43,762 nucleotides of DNA from NCBI GenBank assembly GCA_046596415.1, contig JBKJML010000141.1, forward strand, positions 1 to 43,762, in the 5' to 3' direction. Source of the DNA: Gaiellaceae bacterium. GTDB lineage: Bacteria; Actinomycetota; Thermoleophilia; Gaiellales; Gaiellaceae. Of this stretch, positions 9,112 through 18,645 are shown piece by piece (position 1 is the stretch's first letter; each line of letters starts with the position of its first letter). The notes under the pieces are model-generated. The model saw only the letters and a program-made list of their open reading frames with translations. It did not search any database and was not told the DNA's origin. Made by a program: the position numbers and the translations under genes.

Positions 9112-10323
9112 CTACGCGGCCGCAGGGCTGAAACGGGCGGCGGCGAACGGGGCCAGCTCGTACGGCACCGTTCGGCCGCGCGAGAGATCGGCCACAAGCC
9201 TCCCCATCAGCGGGGCCGCGGTGAAGCCGAGGAACGGGAACGCGGCGACGAAGAACCCCGGGACGCCCTCGAGCTCGCCGAGAATCGGCCGGTGGTCGGG
9301 CGTGCCGTTGCAGATGCCCGTCCAGACCCGCAGCAGCCGAACCTGCGCGAGGGCGGGGACGACGTGCTGCGCGACACGGAGGTTTGCGTGCAGCGACTCG
9401 AAGCTGACCGCCGGCCGGCCGGTCTCGGGATCGGGCTTCGACGGCCAGCCCCCGCCGATCAGCACCGAGCCCACAGCGGCCTGCTTCAGCGTCAGGCGCT
9501 CGCCGGCGAAGTAGACGAGATGGCGCAGGAGTGGCGCGACCGGCTCGGTCACGTGCGCCTGGAGCGGCCAGCTCTCGACCGGCAGCGGCACGCCGACGAG
9601 CCCCGAGACCTGCCCGGCCGCGGTGCCCGCACAGTCGAGGATGCGCTCGCACTCGATCGGGCCGCCGGACGTCTCCACCCGGAACCCGCTCGGCGTCTGC
9701 TCGATCTCGAGCAGCTCGATCCCGACAGCGACTTGAGCGCCGAGCGCCTGGGCCGCGCGCGCGAACGCGGGCGTCGCGAGCAGCGGGTTCGCCTTCCCCT
9801 CGAGAGGACAGAGGAGCCCGCCGGCCATGCGCTCCGAGAGGTACGGCGCGACGCGGCGCATGTCGGCGCCCGAGAGCAGCTCGACCTCGAGCCCGGCCGC
9901 GCGCTCGATCGTGGCCTTCCGCTCGATCGCCTCGAGGTCGGCCTCCGTGTCGGCAGCCAGCAGCCCGCCGGTCAGCTTGACCTCAAGCTCGGCGTCGAGC
10001 TCGGCAGGGAGCTCGCGCCAGAGCTCGACCGCGTCGATCAGGAGCGGGATCGTGGGCGCCCACGCGCGCGCCCACTCCTCTCCTTCGACCATGAAAGGCT
10101 CGAACTGGATCTGGACATGGAAGCCGCCGGCATTGCGGCCCGAGGCCTCGGTGTTCAGGTCGTGGCGCTCGACGAGGAGAACGTCCACGCCCTCCTTCGC
10201 GAGAAAGTACGCAGCTGCGCAGCCCGTGAGGCCACCGCCGACAACGAGGCTGTCGCAGCGACGTGCCCTCCGGCTAGGATCGCTTCTGGTGGCCGGACCC
10301 CGTAGACGCAAGGAGATCATCAT
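9112..10323 (-). CDS. DAO-family FAD-dependent oxidoreductase (monomeric D-amino-acid / D-hydroxyproline dehydrogenase type)
   Basis: Motifs SLVVGGGLTGCAAAYFLAKEG and EASGRNAGGFH. Start could be ATG 10323/10320 or TTG 10311. Confidence 0.88.
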   Translation of the reverse strand: MMISLRLRGPATRSDPSRRARRCDSLVVGGGLTGCAAAYFLAKEGVDVLLVERHDLNTEASGRNAGGFHVQIQFEPFMVEGEEWARAWAPTIPLLIDAVELWRELPAELDAELEVKLTGGLLAADTEADLEAIERKATIERAAGLEVELLSGADMRRVAPYLSERMAGGLLCPLEGKANPLLATPAFARAAQALGAQVAVGIELLEIEQTPSGFRVETSGGPIECERILDCAGTAAGQVSGLVGVPLPVESWPLQAHVTEPVAPLLRHLVYFAGERLTLKQAAVGSVLIGGGWPSKPDPETGRPAVSFESLHANLRVAQHVVPALAQVRLLRVWTGICNGTPDHRPILGELEGVPGFFVAAFPFLGFTAAPLMGRLVADLSRGRTVPYELAPFAAARFSPAAA

Positions 10324-11299
10324 GCCCGCCGAGTTCCGAGGAAGCTATTCCGTGGTCGTCACCCCGTTCACTGAGGACGGCCAGGCGATCGACGTCGAGT
10401 CGACCAAGCGCTTCCTCGACTGGCAGATCCAGAACGACGTGCCGGGCGTGATCCTCCTCGGGACGACGGGGGAGTTCCTGACCGTGACCGACGAGGAGCG
10501 GGCGCTGCTCGTCCAGACGGCCGTCGAGCACGTCGACGGACGGATGCACGTGCTCGTCGCCACGATGAATGCGTCGACGCCGGTCGCCGTCCGGTACAGC
10601 CGCGAGGCGGAGCGCCTCGGAGCGGACGGCCTGATGATCATCCCGCCGTACTACTACACCCCGACTGAGGACGAGATCTTCGGCTACTACCGCGCGATCG
10701 CGGAGGCCGTCTCGCTGCCGATCATGGTCTACAACAATCCGGTCACCTCGAACGTGGATATGTCCGCGAAGCTGGTCGGCAAGCTGACGCGCGCCTTCGA
10801 GAACGTCCGCTACATCAAGGAAGCGAGCATGGACGTCGCCCGTGTCTACGACATCGTCGAGGAGACCGACGGCGTGATGAACGTCTTCGCCGGCGAGCGG
10901 ATCGTCGAGTCGTTCCTGCTCGGCGCAGTCGGCTACGTCAACCCGTACGGCAACTACCTTCCCCGGGCCTCGACTCGGATCTGGGACTTCCTCGTCGCGG
11001 GGCGGGTCGAGGACGCGAAGCGGATCCAGCGCCTGATCACGAAACTCGACCACGTGATCGCCGAGGGGCATCCGACGTACGGGCATCAGTGCTACTCGAA
11101 GGCGCTCGCCGCGGCCGCCGGCTATCCGGTCGGCGACGTGCGACCGCCGCTCACGACCTTCGCCGAGCTTGGCGAGGAGGGCCGCTCGCGCGTCGCAGAG
11201 ATCACGGCCGTGATGCACGACCTCGACGGGCTGATGGACGAGCTCGAGGCCCGCCCCGCCGGCGCACGGTCGGCCGGCTCGGCGCTCTCCCCGGCCTGA
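10322..11299 (+). CDS. DHDPS/NAL-family lyase, second copy
   Basis: AAGGAG (10310-10315) sits upstream of ATG 10322. Motifs GVILLGTTGEFLTVTDEERALL and VYNNP. Confidence 0.9.
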   Translation: MPAEFRGSYSVVVTPFTEDGQAIDVESTKRFLDWQIQNDVPGVILLGTTGEFLTVTDEERALLVQTAVEHVDGRMHVLVATMNASTPVAVRYSREAERLGADGLMIIPPYYYTPTEDEIFGYYRAIAEAVSLPIMVYNNPVTSNVDMSAKLVGKLTRAFENVRYIKEASMDVARVYDIVEETDGVMNVFAGERIVESFLLGAVGYVNPYGNYLPRASTRIWDFLVAGRVEDAKRIQRLITKLDHVIAEGHPTYGHQCYSKALAAAAGYPVGDVRPPLTTFAELGEEGRSRVAEITAVMHDLDGLMDELEARPAGARSAGSALSPA

Positions 11300-11333
11300 C
11301 CCCGCCCTCCGTGGAGGTCACCGCACTCGGGGC

Positions 11334-11363
11334 TTGACTCTGCCTGCCGTGCAGGCGTAGGTT
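11334..11363 (+). promoter_or_regulatory. candidate promoter inside operon B, upstream of the SBP gene
   Basis: TTGACT (11334-11339), an 18-nt spacer, then TAGGTT (11358-11363). Confidence 0.4.
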
Positions 11364-11375
11364 GGCCGCAGTTGT

Positions 11376-11395
11376 ATGCGCACGACTGTGCGCAT
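11376..11395. promoter_or_regulatory. perfect palindromic operator-like site ATGCGCAC-N4-GTGCGCAT
   Basis: 8-bp perfect inverted repeat just downstream of the candidate -10. The 15-mer GTGCGCATCGCGAAC (11388-11402) recurs at 29147-29161. Confidence 0.4.
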
Positions 11396-11438
11396 CGCGA
11401 ACTTCGCGGTGCGACCACCCACACCGATTGGGGGCAGC

Positions 11439-12407
11439 ATGAGCAATTACGACCAGGGATCTCCGAACCCGGCCGCGGACCCGACCGACCTCCTCGCTGG
11501 AGGCACGAGCCGCCGCCGGCTCCTCCAGGTCGGGGGGCTCGGGCTCCTCGGCGCGTCGACGCTCGCCCTGGCCGGCTGCGGCGACGACAACAAGTCGAGC
11601 GCCGCCGGTGCCGCGACCACGACGACGGCCACCTCGACGTCCTCCGGCTCGATCCTCGACAAGTGGACACGCGAGAAGACGGCCAAGCTCGGCGTCGACC
11701 TCAGCTTCCCGCCGCTCCAGTTCAAGGACAAGAGCGGCAAGCCGACGGGGTACATGGTCGAGGTCACCGAGCTGATGATGAAGGAGCTCGGCGTCACCCC
11801 CGAGTATGTCGAGACGCCGTTCGCCCAGCTCTTCCCGGGCCTCTCGGCGGGCAAGTTCGACATGCTGGGGATCGCGGTCACGATCTTGCCTTCGCGCGCC
11901 CTCCGCGGCTCGTTCGCGGACGTGCCTGCCTTCTACGAGTCGAACGTGGTCGTCATCAAGAGCACCTCGACCGCGAAAAGCCTCGACGACTTGGCGACCG
12001 CGAAGTTCGCCGTGCTCCAGGGGAGCTCGCAGGCCGCAAGCGGCAAGTCGATCTTCCCGAAGGCGACCTTCAACGAGTTCGCCTCCGAGACGGACGCGGC
12101 GACCGAGGTCTCGGTCGGCCGTGCCGAAGCGGCAATCTTCAGCGAGTTCTCGACCTCCTCGGTGCTCGGCACGAACGCCGACCTGAAGGCGCTCGCCGTT
12201 CCGCCGCTCTTCGTGGACGCGAACAGCTACTTCATGAAGGAGGGCGACACGAAGCTCTGGCTCTGGGTCTCGAACTGGCTCCGCTACCAGGCCTCGCACA
12301 AGACGTTCGAGAGCCTCTGGGAGAAGTGGGTCGTCCCGAACACGTCGAAGTACAACCTCGAGACCGCCGTCGTCGGGATCAACGGCGACGCGACGCCGAT
12401 CAGCTGA
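11439..12407 (+). CDS. family-3 amino-acid substrate-binding lipoprotein with Tat-like signal
   Basis: ATG 11439. Twin-arginine motif SRRRLLQVGG plus lipobox LAGCG, then an SBP_bac_3 body. Confidence 0.88.
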   Translation: MSNYDQGSPNPAADPTDLLAGGTSRRRLLQVGGLGLLGASTLALAGCGDDNKSSAAGAATTTTATSTSSGSILDKWTREKTAKLGVDLSFPPLQFKDKSGKPTGYMVEVTELMMKELGVTPEYVETPFAQLFPGLSAGKFDMLGIAVTILPSRALRGSFADVPAFYESNVVVIKSTSTAKSLDDLATAKFAVLQGSSQAASGKSIFPKATFNEFASETDAATEVSVGRAEAAIFSEFSTSSVLGTNADLKALAVPPLFVDANSYFMKEGDTKLWLWVSNWLRYQASHKTFESLWEKWVVPNTSKYNLETAVVGINGDATPIS

Positions 12408-12456
12408 CCCCCGACCGCGTGGCCTTCCGGGGGCGAGCCCGGAGGGCCCCTTCTCA

Positions 12457-13134
12457 ATGATGACGACCGTGCTCGGATATCAGTTCGCCTGGGGCACCGT
12501 CGTGGACCGCTGGGACGTGTTCCTCCTGGGCGCGTGGCTGGACGTCTGGGTGACGGCGATCTCATTTGTGCTCGCCTGCGGGATCGGGATCGGGATCGCC
12601 GTGATGCGGATCTCGGGCGTCTTTGTCCTCCGCGCGCCCGCCTTCGTCTACGTGCAGCTGCTCCGAGGCGTGCCGCTGCTCGTCTTCCTCTACTGGGTCT
12701 ACTTCGGGGTCGCGATCGTCGTCGGGCTCAACTTCAGCCCGGTCCAGGCTGGGATCGTCGCCCTGACGCTGACCGGGTCGGCCTATACGGCCGAGATCTT
12801 CCGGGCCGGGCTCCAGGCGATCGACCGCGGCCAGGCGGAGGCCTCGCGGTCGCTCGGCCTCTCCCGGATCGGCACCTACCGCCATGTGCTGCTCCCGCAG
12901 ATGCTCCGGATCGTCGTCCCCCCGCTCGGGAACACGTTCATCGGCCTGCTCAAGGGCGCGACCCTGCTCTCGATCATCGCCGTCCACGACATGGTTCAGG
13001 TGGCGAACGACCTCAACATCAACTTCTTCACCCCGTTCGAGGCGTTCACCGCCGTCGCCGTCATTCTCGTCGCCCTGGTGGCCGTCTTTTCGGCCGCCGT
13101 CACCCTCCTCGAGCGGGTGCTCGCACTCCCGTGA
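12457..13134 (+). CDS. amino-acid ABC transporter permease
   Basis: GGAGGG sits upstream of ATG 12457. Multi-TM protein with the loop [23 protein letters not shown]. Confidence 0.9.
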   Translation: MMTTVLGYQFAWGTVVDRWDVFLLGAWLDVWVTAISFVLACGIGIGIAVMRISGVFVLRAPAFVYVQLLRGVPLLVFLYWVYFGVAIVVGLNFSPVQAGIVALTLTGSAYTAEIFRAGLQAIDRGQAEASRSLGLSRIGTYRHVLLPQMLRIVVPPLGNTFIGLLKGATLLSIIAVHDMVQVANDLNINFFTPFEAFTAVAVILVALVAVFSAAVTLLERVLALP

Positions 13135-13874
13135 CCGTCGGCTACACCTTCCGCTGGGAGCTCGTGCCGGAGTCGGCCGGAGCGCTCGCCCACGGGCTCA
13201 GGATCACCCTCGAGCTCTCGGCGCTCTCGTTTCTGCTCTCGCTCGTGATCGGGCTCGTCGTCGCGCTCTGCCGCCTCGCGCCCTCACGACTGCTTCGCGC
13301 CGTCGCCTACGTCTACACCCAGGTCTTCCGGGCGCTCTCGCTCTATGTCTACGTGCTCTTCCTGTACTTCGGGATCGCCGCCGTCTTCGGAATCAACCTC
13401 GGCACATTCACCGCCGGGGTCGTCGCGCTCACGCTTCTGAACAGTGCTTACATGGCCGAGATCTACCGGTCGGCGATCCAGTCGGTCGAGCCCGGGCAGC
13501 GAGAGGCGGCGCTCGCTGTCGGCCTCGGCCACACGCGCTCCTTCGCGAGCGTGGTCCTGCCCCAGGCGATCCGGGTTGCCGTGCCCGGGCTCGTCAACCA
13601 GGCCGTGGACATCATCAAGGACTCGTCGATCGTGGCGGTGATCGGCCTCTTCGACCTGATGGGGACGACAATCCAGCTCGTGAACAGCGAGCGGGCACCG
13701 TTCGAGCTCTACACCGTCACAGCGCTGACCTACATCGCGCTGATCCTGCTCGTCTCCGCCGCCGCCGCGCTCCTCGAGCGCCGGCTCGCACGCCATCTCG
13801 CGGGCGGCGGCGCTGGGCCGGGGCCGTTCGCGAAGCTGCGCGGCTACCGCTTCGGCGGCCAGGTGCCCGCGTGA
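13131..13874 (+). CDS. amino-acid ABC transporter permease (second subunit)
   Basis: GTG 13131 overlaps the upstream TGA (GTGA). Loop motif [23 protein letters not shown]. Confidence 0.9.
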   Translation: MTVGYTFRWELVPESAGALAHGLRITLELSALSFLLSLVIGLVVALCRLAPSRLLRAVAYVYTQVFRALSLYVYVLFLYFGIAAVFGINLGTFTAGVVALTLLNSAYMAEIYRSAIQSVEPGQREAALAVGLGHTRSFASVVLPQAIRVAVPGLVNQAVDIIKDSSIVAVIGLFDLMGTTIQLVNSERAPFELYTVTALTYIALILLVSAAAALLERRLARHLAGGGAGPGPFAKLRGYRFGGQVPA

Positions 13875-14680
13875 ACGAGGAGCTCGAGGCGGGTGAGGAC
13901 GTCGTGGTTGCGGAAGGCATCCACAAGACGTTCAACCGCGGCCATCGCGGGCGCGAGGTGCCCGTGCTGCGCGGGGTCGACCTGCGCGTCGAGAAGGGCG
14001 AGGTGCTGGTCGTGATCGGACCGAGCGGCTCCGGCAAGAGCACGCTCCTGCGTTGCCTCAACTTCATCGCACCGCCTGACGCGGGCAGCGTCACCTTCCT
14101 GGGCCGGAGGCTCACGGGCGACGTGCCACGCCGTAGGCCGGTCGAGCGGCTGCGCTACGAGCGGGAGCTCCGGTTCTTCCGGACGCACATCGGGATGGTC
14201 TTCCAGCACTTCAACCTCTTCCCGCACATGACGGCCGCCGAGAACGTCGCTCTCGCGCCGACGCGGGCGCTCGGGCTGTCGCGGAAGGACGCGCGGACGC
14301 GGAGCCTCGAGGAGCTCGCCCGCGTCGGGATGGCGGACAAGGTCGACGCGTATCCGAGCCAGCTCTCCGGCGGCCAGAAGCAGCGGGTTGCGATCGCGCG
14401 GGCGCTCGCGATGCGGCCGCAGCTCATGCTCTTCGACGAGGCGACCTCCGCGCTCGACCCGGAGCTGATCGGTGGCGTGCTCGAGGAGATGAAGCGGCTC
14501 GCCGAGTCGGGGATGACGATGATCGTCGTCACGCACGAGATGGGCTTCGCCCGCGAGGTCGGCGACCGCGTCATCTTCATGGACGAGGGCCGGATCGTCG
14601 AGGAGGGCGGAGCCCGCGAGTTGATCGACAGTCCGCAGAACGAGCGGACTCAGGCGTTCCTGAGCGCGATCCTGAACTGA
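13871..14680 (+). CDS. amino-acid ABC transporter ATP-binding protein
   Basis: GTG 13871 overlaps the upstream TGA. Motifs [30 protein letters not shown] and [10 protein letters not shown]. Confidence 0.92.
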   Translation: MNEELEAGEDVVVAEGIHKTFNRGHRGREVPVLRGVDLRVEKGEVLVVIGPSGSGKSTLLRCLNFIAPPDAGSVTFLGRRLTGDVPRRRPVERLRYERELRFFRTHIGMVFQHFNLFPHMTAAENVALAPTRALGLSRKDARTRSLEELARVGMADKVDAYPSQLSGGQKQRVAIARALAMRPQLMLFDEATSALDPELIGGVLEEMKRLAESGMTMIVVTHEMGFAREVGDRVIFMDEGRIVEEGGARELIDSPQNERTQAFLSAILN

Positions 14681-14726
14681 TGCGCTGGGTGCATTATGTG
14701 GTTGACCACGACCGGAGGAGGCAGTC

Positions 14727-16139
14727 ATCGCCGTAGAGCACACGCCCGTCGACGAAGCGGCTGTCGAGGAGATCGACCGCCGCTTCGTCTTCCACCCCTT
14801 TACCCAGCTCGATCAGCACGAGCGAACCGGCACGCCCGGCATGATCGTGGCGGGCTCGGGCGTGCGTCTGACCGACATCCACGGCCGCTCCTACATCGAC
14901 GGGATGGCGGGTCTCTGGTGCGTGAACGTCGGCTACGGCCGGCCGGAGATCGGCGAGACACTTCGCGTCCACGCCGAGCGCCTCGGCTACTACCACTCGT
15001 TCTCCTCGATGAGCACCGACACGCCGGCGCTCCTCGCCGAGCGCCTGATCGCGATGGCGCCTGAGGGGATGTCGAAGGTCTTCTACGGCTGTACGGGCTC
15101 GGACGCGAACGACACCCAGGTCAAGATCGCCTGGTACTACAACAACGTCCTCGGCCGGCCGAAGAAGAAGAAGATCATCGCCCGGGATCGTGGCTACCAC
15201 GGCGTCACGGTGATGGCCGGGAGCCTCACCGGGCTCCCTGGGGTGCACGCCAACTTCGACCTGCCGCTGCCGATGGTCCGGCATACGACGGCGCCGCACC
15301 GGCTCTGGGAGGCCGCGTCGGGGATGAGCGACGAGGACTTCGCGCAGAAGCTGGCCGACGACCTCGAGCAGCTGATCCTCGCCGAGGGACCGGAGACGAT
15401 CGCGGCCTTCATCGCCGAGCCGATCCAGGGTGCCGGCGGCGTGCTCGTCCCGCCCGCCGGCTACTGGGAGAAGATCCAGGCGGTCCTGCGGCGCCACGAC
15501 GTGCTCCTGATCGCCGACGAGGTGATCACCGGCTTCGGGCGGCTCGGCGAGTGGTTCGGCAGCGACGTCTTCGGGATCGAGCCCGACCTGATCACGGTCG
15601 CGAAGGGCCTCACCTCCGGGTACGTCCCCCTCTCCGCGTGCATCGTCTCGGAGCAGGTCTGGCGCGTGCTCGTGGACGCCGGGCCCGAGGCCGGCGTCTT
15701 CGGCCACGGTTACACCTACAGCGCCCACCCGCTCGCCGCGGCGGTGGCGATGACGAACCTCGACCTGATCGAGAACGAAGGTCTCATCGCGCAGGCGGCG
15801 AGCCGCGGCGCGCTCCTGCACGAGCGGCTCCGGGAGGAGTTCGCGGATCACCCGCTCGTCGGCGAGGTGCGCGGCCAGGCCCTGATCGCGGCGCTCGAGT
15901 TCGTCCAGGAGCGCTCGCCGATGACGGCGTTCAACCCGGGACTGAAGGTGGCCGCCCGGATCACGCGCCGGTGCCTCGACCTCGGCCTGATCACGCGCGC
16001 GCTGCCCGCGTCCGACGCGATCTCCTTTGCGCCTCCCTTCGTCGTCTCCGAGGAGGAGCTCGAGGAGCTGGTGCAGACGACGCGCCGCGCCGTCGACGAG
16101 GTCTATGCCGAGCTGCGGAGCGAGGAGGCGATCGGGTGA
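14727..16139 (+). CDS. class-III (omega-amine:pyruvate, SpuC-like) PLP aminotransferase
   Basis: Motifs FHPFTQL and DGMAGLWCVNVGYGR. The conserved N-terminus extends upstream of the first ATG (14841). GGAGGAGG (14714-14721) lies 5 nt before ATC 14727. The minimal ORF is 14841-16139. Confidence 0.88.
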   Translation: MAVEHTPVDEAAVEEIDRRFVFHPFTQLDQHERTGTPGMIVAGSGVRLTDIHGRSYIDGMAGLWCVNVGYGRPEIGETLRVHAERLGYYHSFSSMSTDTPALLAERLIAMAPEGMSKVFYGCTGSDANDTQVKIAWYYNNVLGRPKKKKIIARDRGYHGVTVMAGSLTGLPGVHANFDLPLPMVRHTTAPHRLWEAASGMSDEDFAQKLADDLEQLILAEGPETIAAFIAEPIQGAGGVLVPPAGYWEKIQAVLRRHDVLLIADEVITGFGRLGEWFGSDVFGIEPDLITVAKGLTSGYVPLSACIVSEQVWRVLVDAGPEAGVFGHGYTYSAHPLAAAVAMTNLDLIENEGLIAQAASRGALLHERLREEFADHPLVGEVRGQALIAALEFVQERSPMTAFNPGLKVAARITRRCLDLGLITRALPASDAISFAPPFVVSEEELEELVQTTRRAVDEVYAELRSEEAIG

Positions 16140-17257
16140 ATCGAATCGGCCTGATCGTCAACCCGATCGCGGGCATGGGTGGCCGCGTCGGCCTCAAGGG
16201 CACGGACGGCGTGGCGGTGCTCGAGCGTGCGCTCGAGTTGGGTGCCACTCCGGTCGCGGCGGGGCGCACCGACCGGGCGCTCGCCCGGCTCGAGCACTGC
16301 CGCGGCGAGCTTCAACTCGTCGCGGCCGCCCGCGAGATGGGTGCCGACCTCGCCGAAGCTCACGCGTTCGAGACCGAGGTGCTGCCGCGCTCCGGGCGTC
16401 GGGGCGCGTCGAGCGCGGACGACACGCGTGCTGCCGCGGCAGAGCTGGCTCGGCGCGATGTCGACCTGATCCTCTTCGCCGGCGGCGACGGGACGACGCG
16501 CGACATCCAAAGCGTCGTCGGCGACCGACTGCCGATCCTTGGGATCCCGACGGGGGTGAAGATGCACTCCGCCGTCTTCGCGACGAGCCCGGAGCACGCA
16601 GGTGACGTCGCCGCCTCGTTCCTCTCCGACGGCGCCCGCGCCGCACTGCGCGAAGTCGAGGTCGTCGACGTGGACGAGGACGGCGTCCGGGACGGCCGGA
16701 TCGAGACGCGCCTCTACGGCGCCGTGTGCGTTCCCGCCGACCGGCTGCGGATGCAGGCGGCGAAATCCCGCTCGGGGCCCTCCGACGAGGCCGCGCTCGC
16801 CGCGGTCTGCCGCGCGTTCGCCGAGGCGATGGACCCGCGTCGGATCTACGTGCTCGGCCCGGGGACGACCACGAAGCGTATCGCGGAGCAACTGGAGGTC
16901 CCGAAGACGCTGCTCGGCGTCGACGCCGTCCGCGGCGGCCGCCTCGTCGGCGCCGACCTCGGCGAGCGCGAGCTGCTCGACCTCCTCGAGGGGCAGGCGG
17001 CGACGCTCCTCCTCGGCGTCGTCGGCGGTCAGGGCGCCCTCTTCGGCCGCGGCAACCAGCAGCTGAGCCCCGCGGTTCTGCGCCGGATCGGCGTCGCGAA
17101 CGTCGAGGTGATCGCCGGCCTCGGGAAGTTGCTCGCCCTCGATCCGCCATGGCTGCGCGTCGACACGGGCGACCCCGACCTCGACGCCGAGCTCGAGGGC
17201 TACCGGCGCGTCCACGTGGCTCCGCGCCGCACCGTCGTCTACAAGGTGGCGGCATGA
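16136..17257 (+). CDS. ATP-NAD kinase / diacylglycerol kinase-fold protein (AcoX-like, function unknown)
   Basis: GTG 16136 overlaps the upstream TGA. Motifs IGLIVNPIAGMGG and FAGGDGTTRD. Confidence 0.75.
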   Translation: MNRIGLIVNPIAGMGGRVGLKGTDGVAVLERALELGATPVAAGRTDRALARLEHCRGELQLVAAAREMGADLAEAHAFETEVLPRSGRRGASSADDTRAAAAELARRDVDLILFAGGDGTTRDIQSVVGDRLPILGIPTGVKMHSAVFATSPEHAGDVAASFLSDGARAALREVEVVDVDEDGVRDGRIETRLYGAVCVPADRLRMQAAKSRSGPSDEAALAAVCRAFAEAMDPRRIYVLGPGTTTKRIAEQLEVPKTLLGVDAVRGGRLVGADLGERELLDLLEGQAATLLLGVVGGQGALFGRGNQQLSPAVLRRIGVANVEVIAGLGKLLALDPPWLRVDTGDPDLDAELEGYRRVHVAPRRTVVYKVAA

Positions 17258-18645
17258 CCGCGCATCCGTACATGCCGAACTCGACCCCCGAGCTCCACCG
17301 GGAGCTCCTGGACGCCGTCGGCGTCCCCGACGTCGAGTCGCTCTTCGTCCAGATCCCGGCTGGGCACCGCCTCCAGGGCGGCCTCCAGCTGCCGCCCGCG
17401 CTGACCTCCGAGGCGACGCTGCGGCGCCACTTGCTCGACCTGCTCGCGCGGAACGAAACCTGTGAGCGCAACCTCAGCTTCCTCGGCGGGGGGATCTGGC
17501 AGCACCACGTGCCCGCAGTCGTCGACGAGATCGCGCGCCGGAGCGAGTTCCTGACGCCGGTCTGGGGGACGCCGTCGTCCGACCACGGCCGCAACCAGGC
17601 CTGGTTCGAGTTTGCGAGCCAGCTGGCGGAGCTGATCGGGATGGATTTCGTCGGCCTTCCCGTCTACAGCTGGGGCTGCGCGGAGGGCCACGCGATCCGC
17701 ATGGCCGCGCGCCTCACGGGGCGGGCGCACGTGCTCGTTCCGAGCACGATCAGCCCAGAGCGGCTGGCCGTGATCCGGACGTACTGCGGCTCGCCCGAGC
17801 TGCTCGGCCACATCGAGGTCGAGCTCGTCGGCTTCGACCCCGAGACGGGCGGCCTCGACCTGGATGACCTGCGCGCGAAGCTCTCACCGCGTACGGCGGC
17901 GGTGCTGATCGAGAACCCCGGCTATCTCGGGACGTTCGAGGCGAACGCGGCGGAGATCGCGGTGCTCGCACGCGCGAACGGCAGCGAGACGATTGTCGGC
18001 GTCGACCCGATCTCCCTCGGCATCGTCGCTCCGCCCTCCGAGTACGGCGCTGACATCGTCGTCGGCTCCGTCCAGCCGCTCGGCGTCCACATGTCGTGCG
18101 GCGGCGGCGCGGGCGGGTTCATCGCCTCGCGTGATGAGGAGCGCTACGCCCACGAGTATCCGACGCTCAACCTGAGCATCGGCCGGACCGTGAACGGCGA
18201 GTACGGCTTCGGGATGGCGCTCTTCGAGCAGACCTCGTACGGCCAGCGCGAGGAGGGGAACGACTGGACCGGCAACTCGGTCTACCTCCACGCCGTCGCA
18301 AGCGCCGCCTACATGGCGCTGATGGGGCCGGAGGGGTTCGCGGAAGTCGGCCGGCTGATCGTCGGGCGGAGCCACTACGCGGCCGGACGGCTCGCCGAGC
18401 TGGGGGGCGTCCGCATCCGCTTTCCGCGAGGCTTCTTCAAGGAGTTCGTCGTCGGCTTCGACGACACCGGCAAGACCGTCGCGGAGGTGAACCGCGCGCT
18501 GCGCGAGCGCGGGATCTTCGGTGGCAAGGACCTCTCGCGCGACTTTCCGGAGCTCGGCCAGAGCGCTCTCTACTGCGTCACCGAGGTGCACGCGCGCGAG
18601 GACATCGAGAGGCTCGTCGACGCGGTTGCGGAGGTGGTCGCGTGA
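17254..18645 (+). CDS. gcvPA: glycine-dehydrogenase (decarboxylating) subunit-1-like protein
   Basis: ATG 17254 overlaps the upstream TGA. N-terminus HPYMPNSTPELHRELLDAVGV, 463 aa, overall GcvPA-like layout. Confidence 0.85.
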   Translation: MTAHPYMPNSTPELHRELLDAVGVPDVESLFVQIPAGHRLQGGLQLPPALTSEATLRRHLLDLLARNETCERNLSFLGGGIWQHHVPAVVDEIARRSEFLTPVWGTPSSDHGRNQAWFEFASQLAELIGMDFVGLPVYSWGCAEGHAIRMAARLTGRAHVLVPSTISPERLAVIRTYCGSPELLGHIEVELVGFDPETGGLDLDDLRAKLSPRTAAVLIENPGYLGTFEANAAEIAVLARANGSETIVGVDPISLGIVAPPSEYGADIVVGSVQPLGVHMSCGGGAGGFIASRDEERYAHEYPTLNLSIGRTVNGEYGFGMALFEQTSYGQREEGNDWTGNSVYLHAVASAAYMALMGPEGFAEVGRLIVGRSHYAAGRLAELGGVRIRFPRGFFKEFVVGFDDTGKTVAEVNRALRERGIFGGKDLSRDFPELGQSALYCVTEVHAREDIERLVDAVAEVVA

